NCBI GenBank assembly: GCA_047967505.1
Contig: CM106538.1
DNA length: 64,000 nt
Source of the DNA: Dipteris shenzhenensis
Lineage: Eukaryota
Strand: one strand, 5' to 3'
Shown here: positions 1 through 11,192 of the stretch, in pieces
Position numbering within the stretch: position 1 is the first letter of the stretch
Layout of the letters: each line of letters starts with the position of its first letter
Made by a program: the position numbers and the translations under genes
The notes under the pieces: model-generated
The model's input: only the letters and a program-made list of their open reading frames with translations
What the model was told of the DNA's origin: nothing
Database searches by the model: none

Positions 1-732
1 CACATGTCCCTTCTTGCCACAATAAAAGCATTCAATTTCCTTTTTACCACGGGACTGACTTCGGGATTTGGACTTACTAGCAGATCTCCCCTTCTGCTGA
101 GTCCTGCCTCTATCCTGTACTTGCAAAGCATTTGAAGACTTGCTGCCCGCATTATTCTTCCTGCTCATCTCCTCCATAAGGAGAGAGCTCTCTACATCAG
201 CATATATAAGAGTGACATTTGAATTAGACAGGGTGGTCTTGAAAGTGTCCCAACTCTCAGGGAGGGTACACAACAAGAAAGTAGCCTTGAACTCCTCATC
301 AAGATTCAACCCCTGTGCAATCAGCTGTGTAAAGATGGCATTGAACTCACTCAAGTGTGAGGTCATAGCTGTACCTTCCTTCATGCGAAGATCAACCAGC
401 TTCTTCAGCCAATAAACCTTACTGGCTAAGCTCTTTTGGGCATACAATTCTTCTAGCCTTTGCCATAGACCATAAGAGGTCTTTTCAGCCTGAACATTGA
501 ACACAAGAGTGTCTGAAATAGTGAGCATGATAGCTGCCCTTGCAGACAAATCAAGCTCTTCCCAGTCATCAGCTGCCATGTCAAATGGCTTGACACCCTT
601 CACCCTTATGGGCTTAGCAATCTTCTTTAACAGAAGTACATTCAAGCACTGTTCTGCCCATAATGCATAGTTGTGTGCTCCTTCCAGTTTCTTTATGTTC
701 AGAATTGAAGAATCACTTCCCCCTGATGCCAT
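1..732 (-). CDS. gag: Ty1/Copia gag (5' part of gag-pol, runs off the window start)
   Basis: Hand translation from ATG at 732 is open for 244 codons: MASGGSDSSILNIKKLEGAHNYALW...LEELYAQKSLASKVYWLKKLVDLRMKEG...FLLCTLPESWDTFKTTL...CFYCGKKGHV (UBN2-type Copia gag plus zinc knuckle). Absent from the ORF track because the stop lies outside the window. Confidence 0.93.
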   Translation of the reverse strand, partial: MASGGSDSSILNIKKLEGAHNYALWAEQCLNVLLLKKIAKPIRVKGVKPFDMAADDWEELDLSARAAIMLTISDTLVFNVQAEKTSYGLWQRLEELYAQKSLASKVYWLKKLVDLRMKEGTAMTSHLSEFNAIFTQLIAQGLNLDEEFKATFLLCTLPESWDTFKTTLSNSNVTLIYADVESSLLMEEMSRKNNAGSKSSNALQVQDRGRTQQKGRSASKSKSRSQSRGKKEIECFYCGKKGHV

Positions 733-2395
733 ATCAGATAAGGAAAGTACCTGACTCCCTGGAAGTAAAAAAAGACTGAATAAAAAATTCTGATTTCTCA
801 GAAAAAACCTGCTCTATTCAAGAGCCAGAAGCACTCTCAATGGTGCTGTTTTTTACTGTCAGGAAAATCTGCAGCAAAACAGTAAATGACCCTGCAAATA
901 CTGTACCTTCTGACACACTGTACCGAGCTCAAAGAGGCATAAAAACAGTAATTTCAGACTGCTGCAGCTGCTCAACAAGTGCTTAACAGTGCATAATCAT
1001 CTGACAAAGCACAAACACTGCTGTACTGACTGTACTGATCACTTCTCCCACCTCAGATGAGGTATTGCACTGAGTTAATATGCATAAACCACTTGGCAAA
1101 CACCCAAAAAAAAAATGACACTTCAGCCTGTCACAAAACCTGCAACAGAAAAATGGGATAAATCCCAAGCAATCACCCTTCTGCCAAGGCTTCTGCCAAG
1201 GGGATAAAATGCATCTGAAGATCTCTGTCGGTGACCCAAGTGCTATCAAACAACATCTGGGCAAAAGCCCCTTGATCTGACACCTGAACCAAGTGAAGAA
1301 CACCTCAACACTGAGGTAGCATGCAATATGAAAATCTCTCTGACAAAATCATCCACCAGTGTAATGCATATACTGCCCTGTGTAGAAATGACATACACAG
1401 ATCCCAACGTACAAACACTCAATGAGGAACCTTTTGAGCACTGTCAACGATGGACAGTTAGGGACCGAGTAAACTCGATGCGCCCTGGCCAAGCGTGGCT
1501 CAACTGAGGTTCTCTGAGTGTTGCACAAGAAATGTGACCTGCAAGAAAATGTCACCTCGACACTGCGGAAATCAAGACAAATGTGTGCTCTCTGGCACCA
1601 CACTGCCTCAAGGCATACAATGCATCACCTTCCGGTCAAAAGCCCTATGATCTGCTCACCCGGAAACTGAGATTCAAACCCAGTAAAAGCATATGTCCTC
1701 TTGCAAAATCAAGGCATTACCTTCCCAGAACAAAATAGCTGTGCAATCAACCACACACTGTGGTTCTCTTCACCTCAAGCACAAGATGAATGAAAGTACT
1801 TGCTGTACTGTCAAGATAACACAGTTTTGTGAACTGAAAAATGACCCTGAATCAAGAGGAATGAAGAGCAGAATGCGCTTTCACCTCTCTTTCTTCCCCA
1901 AACAAAAACCAATCTGCACCTGCTGTACTTACTGTACCTGCGCAGTGTACGGAATCCCAGAAAAGGGGGGAAAAAATTTTTTCGAAAATTTTGCCCTGTT
2001 GAAGTTCCCTGCAGGTACGACGGCGTCGTCCGTACGACCGTACGGCAGTCCGTACGACTGCGTACGGTCTCCCTTGTGTAGACTGCGCGACGCCCAAAGG
2101 GCTTAGCAGCTAGTAGCAGCTGCTAGCTGGCTGCTGGCTTGATGCGGCGCCGCCCTGCTGCTGTACAGCCCGCGACCCGCGCCACAGCCCGTGCCCGCTC
2201 CCGAGCTGCGCCCGTGCCCACGCCACAGCCCGCGCCCGCGCTGCTCCCGTGCCCACGCTCGATGCCCGCGTTTGCGCCTTGATCAGCCGCTCGAAGTCCG
2301 TCCGTCCGTACGGCTGTACGGACGTCGTACGTCCGTACGGCGCTGGCTATGTAGAGGTCGAAGGGGGGAAGGGAAAAGGTGGCTCTGATACTAGT

Positions 2396-3130
2396 TGAAA
2401 GGGACTCAAGGGGGAATGAGAGCAAGAGGGAGAGAGTGAGAGAGAGAGAGAGAGGACTCAAGGTGTGCGGGTGTGAAGTGATGAGCCACACCACAAACTC
2501 ATTTGTTTTTATTAGGATTAGGTTTACCCTATGACTATCTTAAGACAGTCATAGGTGTCCTATCTTTAATGAAGGGTTGGCAATGTGCCTTTACCCCAAC
2601 AATAGAGTGGCAGTATCTTTCAGGTTAACAAAGAAGTTGAAGGCTTGGCATACAAGGTGGCCAGTTAAAATTGATGTGTTTAATAGAACAGTTACCAAGG
2701 ATCGAGAATGCTCCGAGAAGGTGGGATGCCATGTTTCAGGAAAGGGGGACGTCAGCCTGGAACACCATGTCATATGACATGTCATTATATGATAAATATA
2801 CCAACATGCAGAAGTTTTGCACTTTTACAACTCTAACCTTTAGTAAGGGACCAAGGTAGGAGAGTGCAGGGTAGGAGAGGCTGGAAGAGCCGAAGGGAGA
2901 GTTGAGTAGGCTGGAGAGTAGTGTAGGAAATGGGAGTGGAAAGTACAAATTGTAGGGCGAAACACGGTGTTCTGGCATTCCTGAATGTTCCAGAATGATC
3001 CGGAGTGTATTCCCGACATTTAAGGGTGTAATGGTGTTTCGCGAATGCAGACTTTCTGGGACACAATTCCTAAGTTCTACAAAGGGGGAACAGCATTCGC
3101 TGGTAGCTACCTTATTGGATACTAATAACA
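2396..3130 (-). repeat. 5' LTR of the Copia element
   Basis: Adjoins the PBS; minus strand begins TGTTATTAGT and ends CCCTTTCA. Has a GA-rich tract like the LTRs at 21161/36259. Confidence 0.7.
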
Positions 3131-3371
3131 ATTACCTCCTATGCAATATATGGTAGCTATGGTTTCATAATTCCTTACTTGGGTGGCTACTAAGAGCTCC
3201 CTTCCATCAAGACAACTTCCATATACAAGATATTTTTCCACAGAAGATCATTGAGTTTACAAACGGAGTCCTCAAACATGGAATCCTTAACAGTGTTGAG
3301 CCCTTTTATTATAAATCAACACACCGATATATTATATGACACAGGAGGTCACATTAGCTCCACATGTATAC

Positions 3372-3445
3372 CTGAGGTCCAGCAAAGGGAAACAAACTGC
3401 CTGTAAAGAGTCCAGGAATGGCCTGAGGCAGCCCTGCTAGCTGGC
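3372..3445 (-). CDS. U2AF65: U2AF large subunit, coding exon 5
   Basis: tgcag|...|gtatac; 74 bp, phase 1 to 0; encodes (G)QLAGLPQAIPGLFTGSLFPFAGPQ, matching the linker after the ULM in plant U2AF65. Downstream RRM exons lie beyond the window start. Confidence 0.85.
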
Positions 3446-4152
3446 CTGCACTTCATGGGCTCATATCCATTAGTTTGGTTATACAAGAAATATGGAAATT
3501 TTCACAATCTCTACTGCTTTATCCAAAGCAAAGAATATATGCTGCCTGATAAAGTACAGATACCCTTAAATCTGTATGTAAGCAAGGTAGCACAACTTTA
3601 TTCCTGGCAGAAATTGCAAGATTAGTTTTGCAACGGTATTATAACAAGAACAAAGAAATCTCCTACTAATTGCAAAGCTATTTATTAAAGGTTACAATTA
3701 AGAAGTTCCTTCGATTGTGCATAAACATTAGGAAACTAAAAGGCCAAAAAGGAAGAAGTTGCAGAGTATATATGATGATGAATAAACTGACATGTCTGCC
3801 TTTAATCCTCGTTGCACATATGAACCATGGTAGGGAACACCGGTGTAAAGGCCAGATGGCTCGTCATGCCTTCCGCACTTAAAAAACAAGCAACAACAAC
3901 AAGAGACGACAAACAACCAGACAACCACAAGCAAACCAACAAATGATCTTCTTCAGTGCCCATTTTGAACCTCAAAAAGTAATGAACAACATCACTTGAT
4001 TTACCATGAATCTCACTCTCTCAACTTTGTGTGATTAGATGTTTGATAAGCTTACAAATTCATTGACACTCGAAACAGAAATTGATGCCAAGAGAAAGGC
4101 GTTGCTCACACCGAGGAGGCCATGCAAACTCACTCCAAATCTGATAGCATAC

Positions 4153-4223
4153 CTGGCAATGCAGTACTGGCAACTGTTGCAGTTCGAGGAGCCATATCAA
4201 ATCCACTTTGCCTCTTCGAAGAT
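4153..4223 (-). CDS. U2AF65: U2AF large subunit, coding exon 4 (GFDMAP/ULM motif)
   Basis: ttttccag|...|gtatgc; 71 bp, phase 2 to 1; encodes SSKRQSGFDMAPRTATVASTALPG. SGFDMAP is characteristic of plant U2AF65. Confidence 0.92.
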
Positions 4224-4949
4224 CTGGAAAACAGCAAGGTCAGAGCAGTAACTTCAAAATAAAGTGCAGCTAGAAAACATCCAGAAATCGTAATATTCAT
4301 GGCACTTCTTGAGGTAAAGAAGGAACTATGCAGCATTCGGCTAGTGTCATCCAACAATTTAGAGAGCTACAAGGTGGGTCTGAAGTCAACAACCTGCCTG
4401 GCCTCCCTCCGTGCCCATTGCCCCTCCCTGGTGTCCCTCTCACAAGCTTGGCCAGCATTTCTCTACCGCTTTTCCCTTTCAACTCTCCACCCTCCCTCTT
4501 CTCCCTGTCAGCTTGCATTCAGTCCCCTCTCCCCCTCCATGCCTGCCTTTCTGGCCCCACAGCTCATCCTCTCTCCCTTGAGCTGCCTACATCTCTGTTT
4601 CGCCCCGCTCCCACCCCCCCCTCTTCTCTCCACCCACTGCAGCATCTTGTGCCACAAACCCTCCACTAGGCTGCTCCCACCACCGGCGTGAATTTCTAGA
4701 CATCTGAATACCCTTGGCCTCTTATTGATTAAAAAGGCTGATCCAGTGCAGCTGAAGGGCAAGAGGGGGTAAAAATCCCACTGCTAAAAACAGCTCCATG
4801 GGCCAGGCAAGGTAGCTTGGGAAGCAAGCAGAAAAGTCGAAATTTACTTGGAGGCACAATTCGGGACCACAGAAAGACAGGGAGAGGCAAGTCACAGGCT
4901 GGAAAAGTGCCCCAGGGCTGTTCTAACAAATCACCTTGCTGGATATTGA

Positions 4950-5235
4950 TGTTGGAGATAAGTGCACACTAAGTGTACTATTTCCTAGTCTAAGTCTAAG
5001 TCTAGTCTTTATGTCTTGAGTGTGTGCCATGTGGCACTTCTACAATTATCCCATAAACACTCTTGCATTATGTCTTGTACTTTGGCCCATATATTCAATG
5101 GGTCACATCATTCTAATGTATCAGTCTAGCTTGTGTCTTGTCTACACTCTTCTCAAGGTATTTCTTGTCTTTTAGTCTTGTCATTTCATTTCCATTTCCA
5201 GTTTCTAGTTCTAGTTCTTTTTCCATATTCCAACT
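4950..5235 (+). repeat. 5' LTR of the TR-GAG element
   Basis: Direct repeat of 7213-7498; TGTTGGA...TCCAACT; directly followed by the PBS. Confidence 0.95.
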
Positions 5236-6052
5236 TGGTATCAGAGCTAGATTGATCCCTCTTCTCTCCTCTAAGTCTGCTGTAGCCATAGCTGCCTCTT
5301 CTCAGATTTCTCCCCCGCTCAGCTGGTCGCCATCTTCATCTTCTGCCCGTCTTCTCCACGCTGCTGCCGTTCCTGCTGTCGCTGCAGATCTGCCCGCCAT
5401 CTCTCTGCCACGCTGCTGCCGTTCCTGCTGCCGCTGCAGATCTGCCCGCCATCTCTCTGCCAGATTTGCACGTCAGATCTGCACGCCATTACACTGCCAG
5501 ATCTGCTGCGCAGTTCTGCTCTCTGCCAGATCTGCGCGTCAGATCTGCACAGATCTGGCGCTGCTGTAGCTCCTGCTCTTGCTGTCACTGCTGCAGCTCC
5601 CGCTCCTGCTATCGCTCCTGCACCTGCATCAACAAACGAACATTTCGAAGTACAGTCCAGACTGTCCGTACAGTCCGTACGACTGTACGGAATCCGTACC
5701 TGTACGGAATCCGCACCTCTCCAGCTGCTGTTCGCGATCTGCGCCATCTGTTCGTGACTGTCTTGAAGCTCGTGCTGCCTGCATCTCCTGGACCGCGCTC
5801 TTTTTTGCGCCTCTGCCTCTGCCTTGGGATTAAGGTACTGTGCATTGCCTCTTTCAGTTTGCTCAGCATCAGTTTACTCAGCAGTTCCTTTTTTTGCTGG
5901 TTCCTCCTGCTTCGATGGGCTGTCATATGCTATGGCCTTGACAAAGTGGTGAGAGAACCGGCTTCTTGCATCTCTCCTTTCATTTATTTTTGCAATATTG
6001 TAAGGGAATAGACACTACCCTTGCATCTTAGCAAGCGGTAAGACCTTCCCAC

Positions 6053-6883
6053 ATGGCATCTTCCTCTCATTCTCTCATCTCTATCGACAAATTCAATGGG
6101 TCCAACTTTCATACTTGGCAAATCAAAATTAAGTGCCATCTTATGAAAGAAGGCCTTTGGGACATTGTTCACCGTGGTACTCCCGAAGGTCCATCTGAGG
6201 AAGTTGTTGCTGCCAAGAACGACAAAGCCTATGCTATCATATTGCTCGGCCTTGGAGATGATTACATTCATCACATCTCCGACATACAGTCTGCTCCTCA
6301 AGCATGGATCACTCTGGATACTCTTTTTGGAGCCCGATCTAAAAACTCTAAAATTGCACTTATGATCTCATTCTTTGATCTACATATGCAGGAAGGAGCT
6401 ACTATAGCCTCTCATGTTAATTATCTTCGCAGTCTTATGGTTCAGCTTGCGTCAGTTAAGTCTCCCATCTCCGAAGATATTGCTATTGCTGTGCTTCTCA
6501 AAAGCTTACCTGACTCCTATGATACTCTTGTCACTACCTTCAAGTATCATAATAATCCTTCTCTTGAGGGTATCATCAATGCTCTCCAAGAGGAAGAAAG
6601 AACTCAACTACGAAAGGTAACTGACACTGCATTTTTAGCAAAGAAAGGAAGTTCTAAGGTAAGAAAGCCTTGCACCCATTGTGGCAAAACTAATCATGTG
6701 GAGAAGGACTGTTTCAAGGCTCATCCATGCACCATTTGTGGCCGTGATAATCACCGGGAGAGGGACTGCTACTCCAAAACCTCTACATCAGCTCCTGCAT
6801 CTACCTCAGCCCATGTTGCTGCAACGTCTCCATCAGCTGATCCTGCTGTTCCTTCCTTACATGATGAGAAGTGGGCTTTTTGA
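6053..6883 (+). CDS. gag: Copia-type Gag, 276 aa, with two CCHC zinc knuckles
   Basis: IDKFNGSNFHTWQIKIK N-terminus; UBN2-like core (AVLLKSLPDSYDTLVT); CTHCGKTNHVEKDC and CTICGRDNHRERDC. Confidence 0.93.
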   Translation: MASSSHSLISIDKFNGSNFHTWQIKIKCHLMKEGLWDIVHRGTPEGPSEEVVAAKNDKAYAIILLGLGDDYIHHISDIQSAPQAWITLDTLFGARSKNSKIALMISFFDLHMQEGATIASHVNYLRSLMVQLASVKSPISEDIAIAVLLKSLPDSYDTLVTTFKYHNNPSLEGIINALQEEERTQLRKVTDTAFLAKKGSSKVRKPCTHCGKTNHVEKDCFKAHPCTICGRDNHRERDCYSKTSTSAPASTSAHVAATSPSADPAVPSLHDEKWAF

Positions 6884-7212
6884 ATACTTCTATGTCTTGT
6901 CTACCACCTTGACCACCGATGATGTAGGTCAAGGGGTTCTAGTGTCATTGGTCTTTCTATTTTGTCTACAGTCAGTCTTCTGTCTATCTAGTCTTGTCTG
7001 TCTGTCTATCTGTCTATCAATCTGACTGTGTTTTGTTTTAGATCCATCTTGTCCTTACCCTTGTGGACCCATATGAGGATATCACTTGAGGAGGGGTGTC
7101 TCAGGATCTTTTGTCTGTCATGTTTTCTATCTTGTCTCTCAGTCTATCAGTCTTTATGTCTGTCTTCTAGTCTTGTCTTTCTGTCTTACTCCTAGTGTCC
7201 ACTTAAGGAGGG

Positions 7213-7498
7213 TGTTGGAGATAAGTGCACACTAAGTGTACTATTTCCTAGTCTAAGTCTAAGTCTAGTCTTTATGTCTTGAGTGTGTGCCATGTGGCAC
7301 TTCTACAATTATCCCATAAACACTCTTGCATTATGTCTTGTACTTTGGCCCATATATTCAATGGGTCACATCATTCTAATGTATCAGTCTAGCTTGTGTC
7401 TTGTCTACACTCTTCTCAAGGTATTTCTTGTCTTTTAGTCTTGTCATTTCATTTCCATTTCCAGTTTCTAGTTCTAGTTCTTTTTCCATATTCCAACT
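7213..7498 (+). repeat. 3' LTR of the TR-GAG element
   Basis: Direct repeat of 4950-5235, preceded by the PPT and followed by the TSD. Confidence 0.95.
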
Positions 7499-7569
7499 AT
7501 TGAATACCAGATCAGTCCATGGGCTGGTAGGGAGCTGCCAGGGCTGCTAGAAGCTCCAAAGCAAATTTG

Positions 7570-7860
7570 TTTTTGTGCCAAGAGCCTCCAAGAGAATTCG
7601 TTTTTGTGCCAAGGAGGCTCTAGAATAAATCGTTTTTCGGTCAAGGACCTACCTGGGAATTGCGTTTTTCAGTCAGAGACCTGCCTGGGAATATCGTTGT
7701 TCAGTCAGGGACATGCCTGGGAGTTTCGTTTTTCAGTCAGGGACCTGCCAAGGAATTTTGTTTTTCAGTTAGAGACCTGCCAGGGAATTTCGTCTTTCAG
7801 TCAGCAACCTGCCAGGGCAATTTGTTTTCAGGCAGGGAGCAGCCAAGGTGATTCGCAATC
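7570..7860 (+). repeat. 32-bp minisatellite, ~9 diverged copies
   Basis: Consensus approximately TTTTCAGTCAGRGACCTGCCWGGGAATTTCGT, head-to-tail with no spacers; decays towards ~7990. Confidence 0.85.
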
Positions 7861-10836
7861 AGATGTAGGGCTGCCTGGAGCAACCAGGGTGATTCGCAGT
7901 CAGTTGTAGGGCTGCTGGGTGCAGCCAAGAAGATTCGTTGCTGATGCAAGGCTACCTAATGCAGCCAGGAAGATTCACCATCTACTGCGGGTTGCCAGAA
8001 ACTGCTAAAAGGATTTCGCCTAAGGCTAAGCGACTTGATTCCATGGTTGCCCGTGGGCTGATTTTGTTCCAATGTGCCAGTGGGTTTCAGGAAAGGCCAT
8101 CCTTTGTCTATTTCCCTTGTGGTTTGTTGGCCGGTTGTGCACAGGCTTGAGGGAGCCCCAGGAATAGTTGCAGGGGAAGCTGTGTGGCCAAGGTAGGCCG
8201 CTAGTAACAGCTCCTGGCTGTACAAATTCCTCTGGGTAAACTTTGGATTGTGTGCCTGTTCAAATGCTTTTGGGTTGATGCTGGCCAACTTGGGAAAGGA
8301 TAGAGAAACTTGGACTCTTATTCTGCCAGGACTTCAGCGATGGTCATCTAGTCTAGGGCTGAATTTCAGCTATAGTATCCAGGTGGACAGCAAGAAATTT
8401 GGCATTAGTGACGGCCCGTGAGAGCTGTGTGGCTGAGTTGGGCTGCTAGTAACAGCTCCGGGTTGTGTGCAGGCCTTGTGTGTCTGGGAATTGATGCTAG
8501 GACAGCCCGAAGAGGGTGATTATGCCTTGAAGGTTCTTGTGGATTTCCAGAGCATCTTGCTAGAGTTTCTGTATTGGAAGTGGATGCTCTTTTCACCAGG
8601 AATTGGCTAGAGTTTCAGATAGTTGGATGCCTGCCAGTTATGGAAGTTAGATGAGCTGGTTTATGACAGGTGCAAGGGAGTTTATCCTTGCTGTAATATT
8701 GTATTTGTATCTTTGACTATTGAATAAAAGAATAAAGAAAAACCAAAAGCGGCGCCAAGTTTTGGGGCCAATCGAGTGTCTGGTTTCTGAGCAGGAGCAC
8801 TCTAGCTCCCCGTGTTCTCTTTGCGTTGCTGAAATCATTCTCTAAGTGGCTGAAATAATACTACTTAGTGGTTAATATTCATTCACCGCCCTTTGGTTTC
8901 CCTGAAGGCTGGTTTCAACAGCACCTCTCTTGCCCCTTCCACCCCAACAGGCCTCCTATTATAGCAATAGTAATATGATGTGATTACCGCTAGGGGTGTT
9001 AGAAAAATAGGAGACAAGATAGTGGTCATTATTTAGAGGGTTTAAGTGACCCCTAGGGGCTAGTAGTGCACATAGCACTAGCCTAATGTCCTAGGTGTAC
9101 GAGATATCCTAAGTAGGCTAGTCTCCAAGGTCTCATAACAAATAAACAATATCCAACAGACTTTAACCTATTAGAGGTTAGCTAATGAATACATTCTAGT
9201 TCTTGGACTAATCCTAGTCCCTTGTGGGCATCCCCACTATGCAATGTAAAATAAAGGAAAGAAAACTTGAGCTAGTTGACTAAAGTGAACTTTCTTTGGC
9301 CAGAGTCAAGATTTCTCTAGGAACGTGCAATTTCGTGACAAGTCGACCCTCAAATGCTAAAACCTACCAACTACTACCTAACTGAATAGTAGGAAAACAT
9401 ATGCATTCTTTTGGCAAACATTCTAATGTAAAGAACTTGAAATTCTAATGCAAGGGAATGTGTTTTGTGAAGAGAAGTGACAATGGCAAAGAAGTAAAAC
9501 AAGCTGCGAAAGACTTGGAAAATTTATATCGGCTAAGTTTGAAGATGATTGGTTTTCGCCTTGTCACCACTTAATCAAGCATGGACAAATGATTTAACAT
9601 GGGGGTTGAGAGAAGCTACACACTTTATGCAGTGCTGATATTTCAGATGACATAAAGTGTAAGTAGCTGAACGTAGTTTGTAGCTCTTTGGTTATGCAAC
9701 AACAATTTCCATCCCCTCTGGCAATCAGGCTTTTCACACATAATCAGTGACGAAGTTTTCTTTGAGCACATCCTTACAAGGGCGGAAAAGGTCATGTGTG
9801 CACATTCTTGGATGGGTTCAATGGTATTTGTTTACTTACTCGTTGATTTGCGCTGTTGTTGTCTTTGCTTAATTCTATGCAGAAAGATAACGAATGCTAA
9901 CTTTTTGAAGGGACACTCAGTATTATCAATCCAAAGATGCAGAGTCGGGCCCTATTCAGCAAGCTTATCGTTCAAGGCATCCAGAAGCTCTGTTACAGCA
10001 TGGTCTCCTCACGACACCCAAGGATGGGGGGATATCGCAGCCCTTACACAAGGATTTCCTAAGGGCCCCACACTAGGAAGGGCTAAGGGATGATGAGAAG
10101 CTTAATAAGGGTTTGGAGACACCTCCATGCAGGTCACACTGAGTCCAGCCCACGATGCATTGAGGAGATAAAGAGGCAGCAATGAGATCTGGAACTCAGA
10201 GGACACCATCCTAGGGACCTGTCTCATCGTCGCCAGGTAGCAGCACTTCGAGAAAAAGCCAGAGCTCAGCTTACAGACCCTCCAGCTGACATGCAGCTGG
10301 CCTCGACACTCATACACGCTATCAGGATCAACAAGAGCCAAAGCATTATACCGCAACAAACGGCAGACAGACGTGCTTAGCAATTCATGTCGTGCCTGTG
10401 TCACTTCATAGTCAGAAACACAAACACAATCGCACAGTACTCAGAGAAAAATTGAAGCAGATGCACACACACACAGGATAAAAAGGGTCTGAGACTTGAG
10501 TGAGAGACACTAGCCATTTGTGGACAAAAGGCTAGGGCATTGCAGCTGTATGAGGTTGCAAGAGAGAGGTAAGACCTTCAGTGTAACAAACTTTGGAAAG
10601 TGTTTCAACTTTTTCTATGACTTATCCCTAACGAGGCATTTATTCTATATTCTCAAGCTCTTCAAAGAAATACAAAAGAAATTATGCATTTTGATATCTT
10701 GATATTCTAACATCACTTTGAAGAAGACTGAAAGGAACCTGAAGCCACAATCACACGCTTGGACTGCCAACTTTCAAATCAAACGCACAAAGGATGGAAA
10801 AAAGAAAAACAAAAAACAAAAAAGCACAACATATAC

Positions 10837-10974
10837 CTTCTGTCTCTCTCTCGAGACTGCGAGCGTGAATGCCGTGAATGCGACTTTGAACGTTCCATTG
10901 GCCTACCCTTTGACCTGGATCGAGATCTATGTCTATGCCTTCTCTCTCGATCACCGTCAGGTTCATGACTATGC
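10837..10974 (-). CDS. U2AF65: U2AF large subunit, coding exon 3 (RS domain)
   Basis: gcag|...|gtatat; 138 bp, phase 2 to 2; HSHEPDGDRERRHRHRSRSRSKGRPMERSKSHSRHSRSQSRERDRR. An in-frame alternative acceptor exists at 11001. Confidence 0.88.
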
Positions 10975-11192
10975 CTGCATCCAATGGATGGCGTAGAGTA
11001 GCTGCTAAGAAGAGATCAGGAAGCTGCAAAACGTCTATTTTGTGGAGTGATGCTAAGCAACGATAATTACTGTTGCTTTATTCTATTGAACAAGCAAATT
11101 TACATATAATCCTTATAAAGAAATAAGACAAACAATTCTTTATGTGACTTTGGCATGTCATCATGATCAAAGTCCAGTTCCAATATGACTAC

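Larger units (their letters stand above)
1..3130 (-). mobile_element. Ty1/Copia LTR retrotransposon, 5' portion, in intron 5 of the U2AF65 gene
   Basis: gag 1-732; ~1.65 kb leader; PBS TAGTATCAGAGCC (tRNA-iMet type, one mismatch) at 2381-2393; putative 5' LTR 2396-3130 with TG...CA ends on the minus strand. The outer LTR end cannot be confirmed without the partner LTR. Confidence 0.85.
4950..7498 (+). mobile_element. Gag-only non-autonomous Copia-type LTR retrotransposon (TR-GAG type), 2549 bp, in U2AF65 intron 3
   Basis: Two 286-bp LTRs (4950-5235, 7213-7498) that look identical; PBS TGGTATCAGAGC at 5236-5247; PPT AAGGAGGG at 7205-7212; TSD ATTGA at 4945-4949 and 7499-7503; one intact gag ORF and no pol. 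Confidence 0.95.
4380..9340 (-). mobile_element. Truncated Gypsy-like (Athila/Tat-type PBS) LTR element remnant, interrupted by the TR-GAG insertion
   Basis: Minus strand: putative LTR 9340->8763 (TGTCACG...CCCCA, internal TATAAT) followed by TGGCGCCGCT at 8757->8748, resembling Athila/Tat PBS starts. The internal part is GC-rich with a 32-bp tandem repeat. No pol and no second LTR seen; left boundary approximate. Confidence 0.4.

Noticed and set aside
5138-6011. Several overlapping 84-181 aa ORFs in the TR-GAG leader
   Set aside because: Low-complexity products of GC-rich CAGATCTG/CTG repeats; no domain signature.
7570-7860. 32-bp periodic repeat resembling a CRISPR array
   Set aside because: Units are contiguous with no unique spacers, there are no cas genes, and the context is eukaryotic TE DNA; it is a minisatellite.
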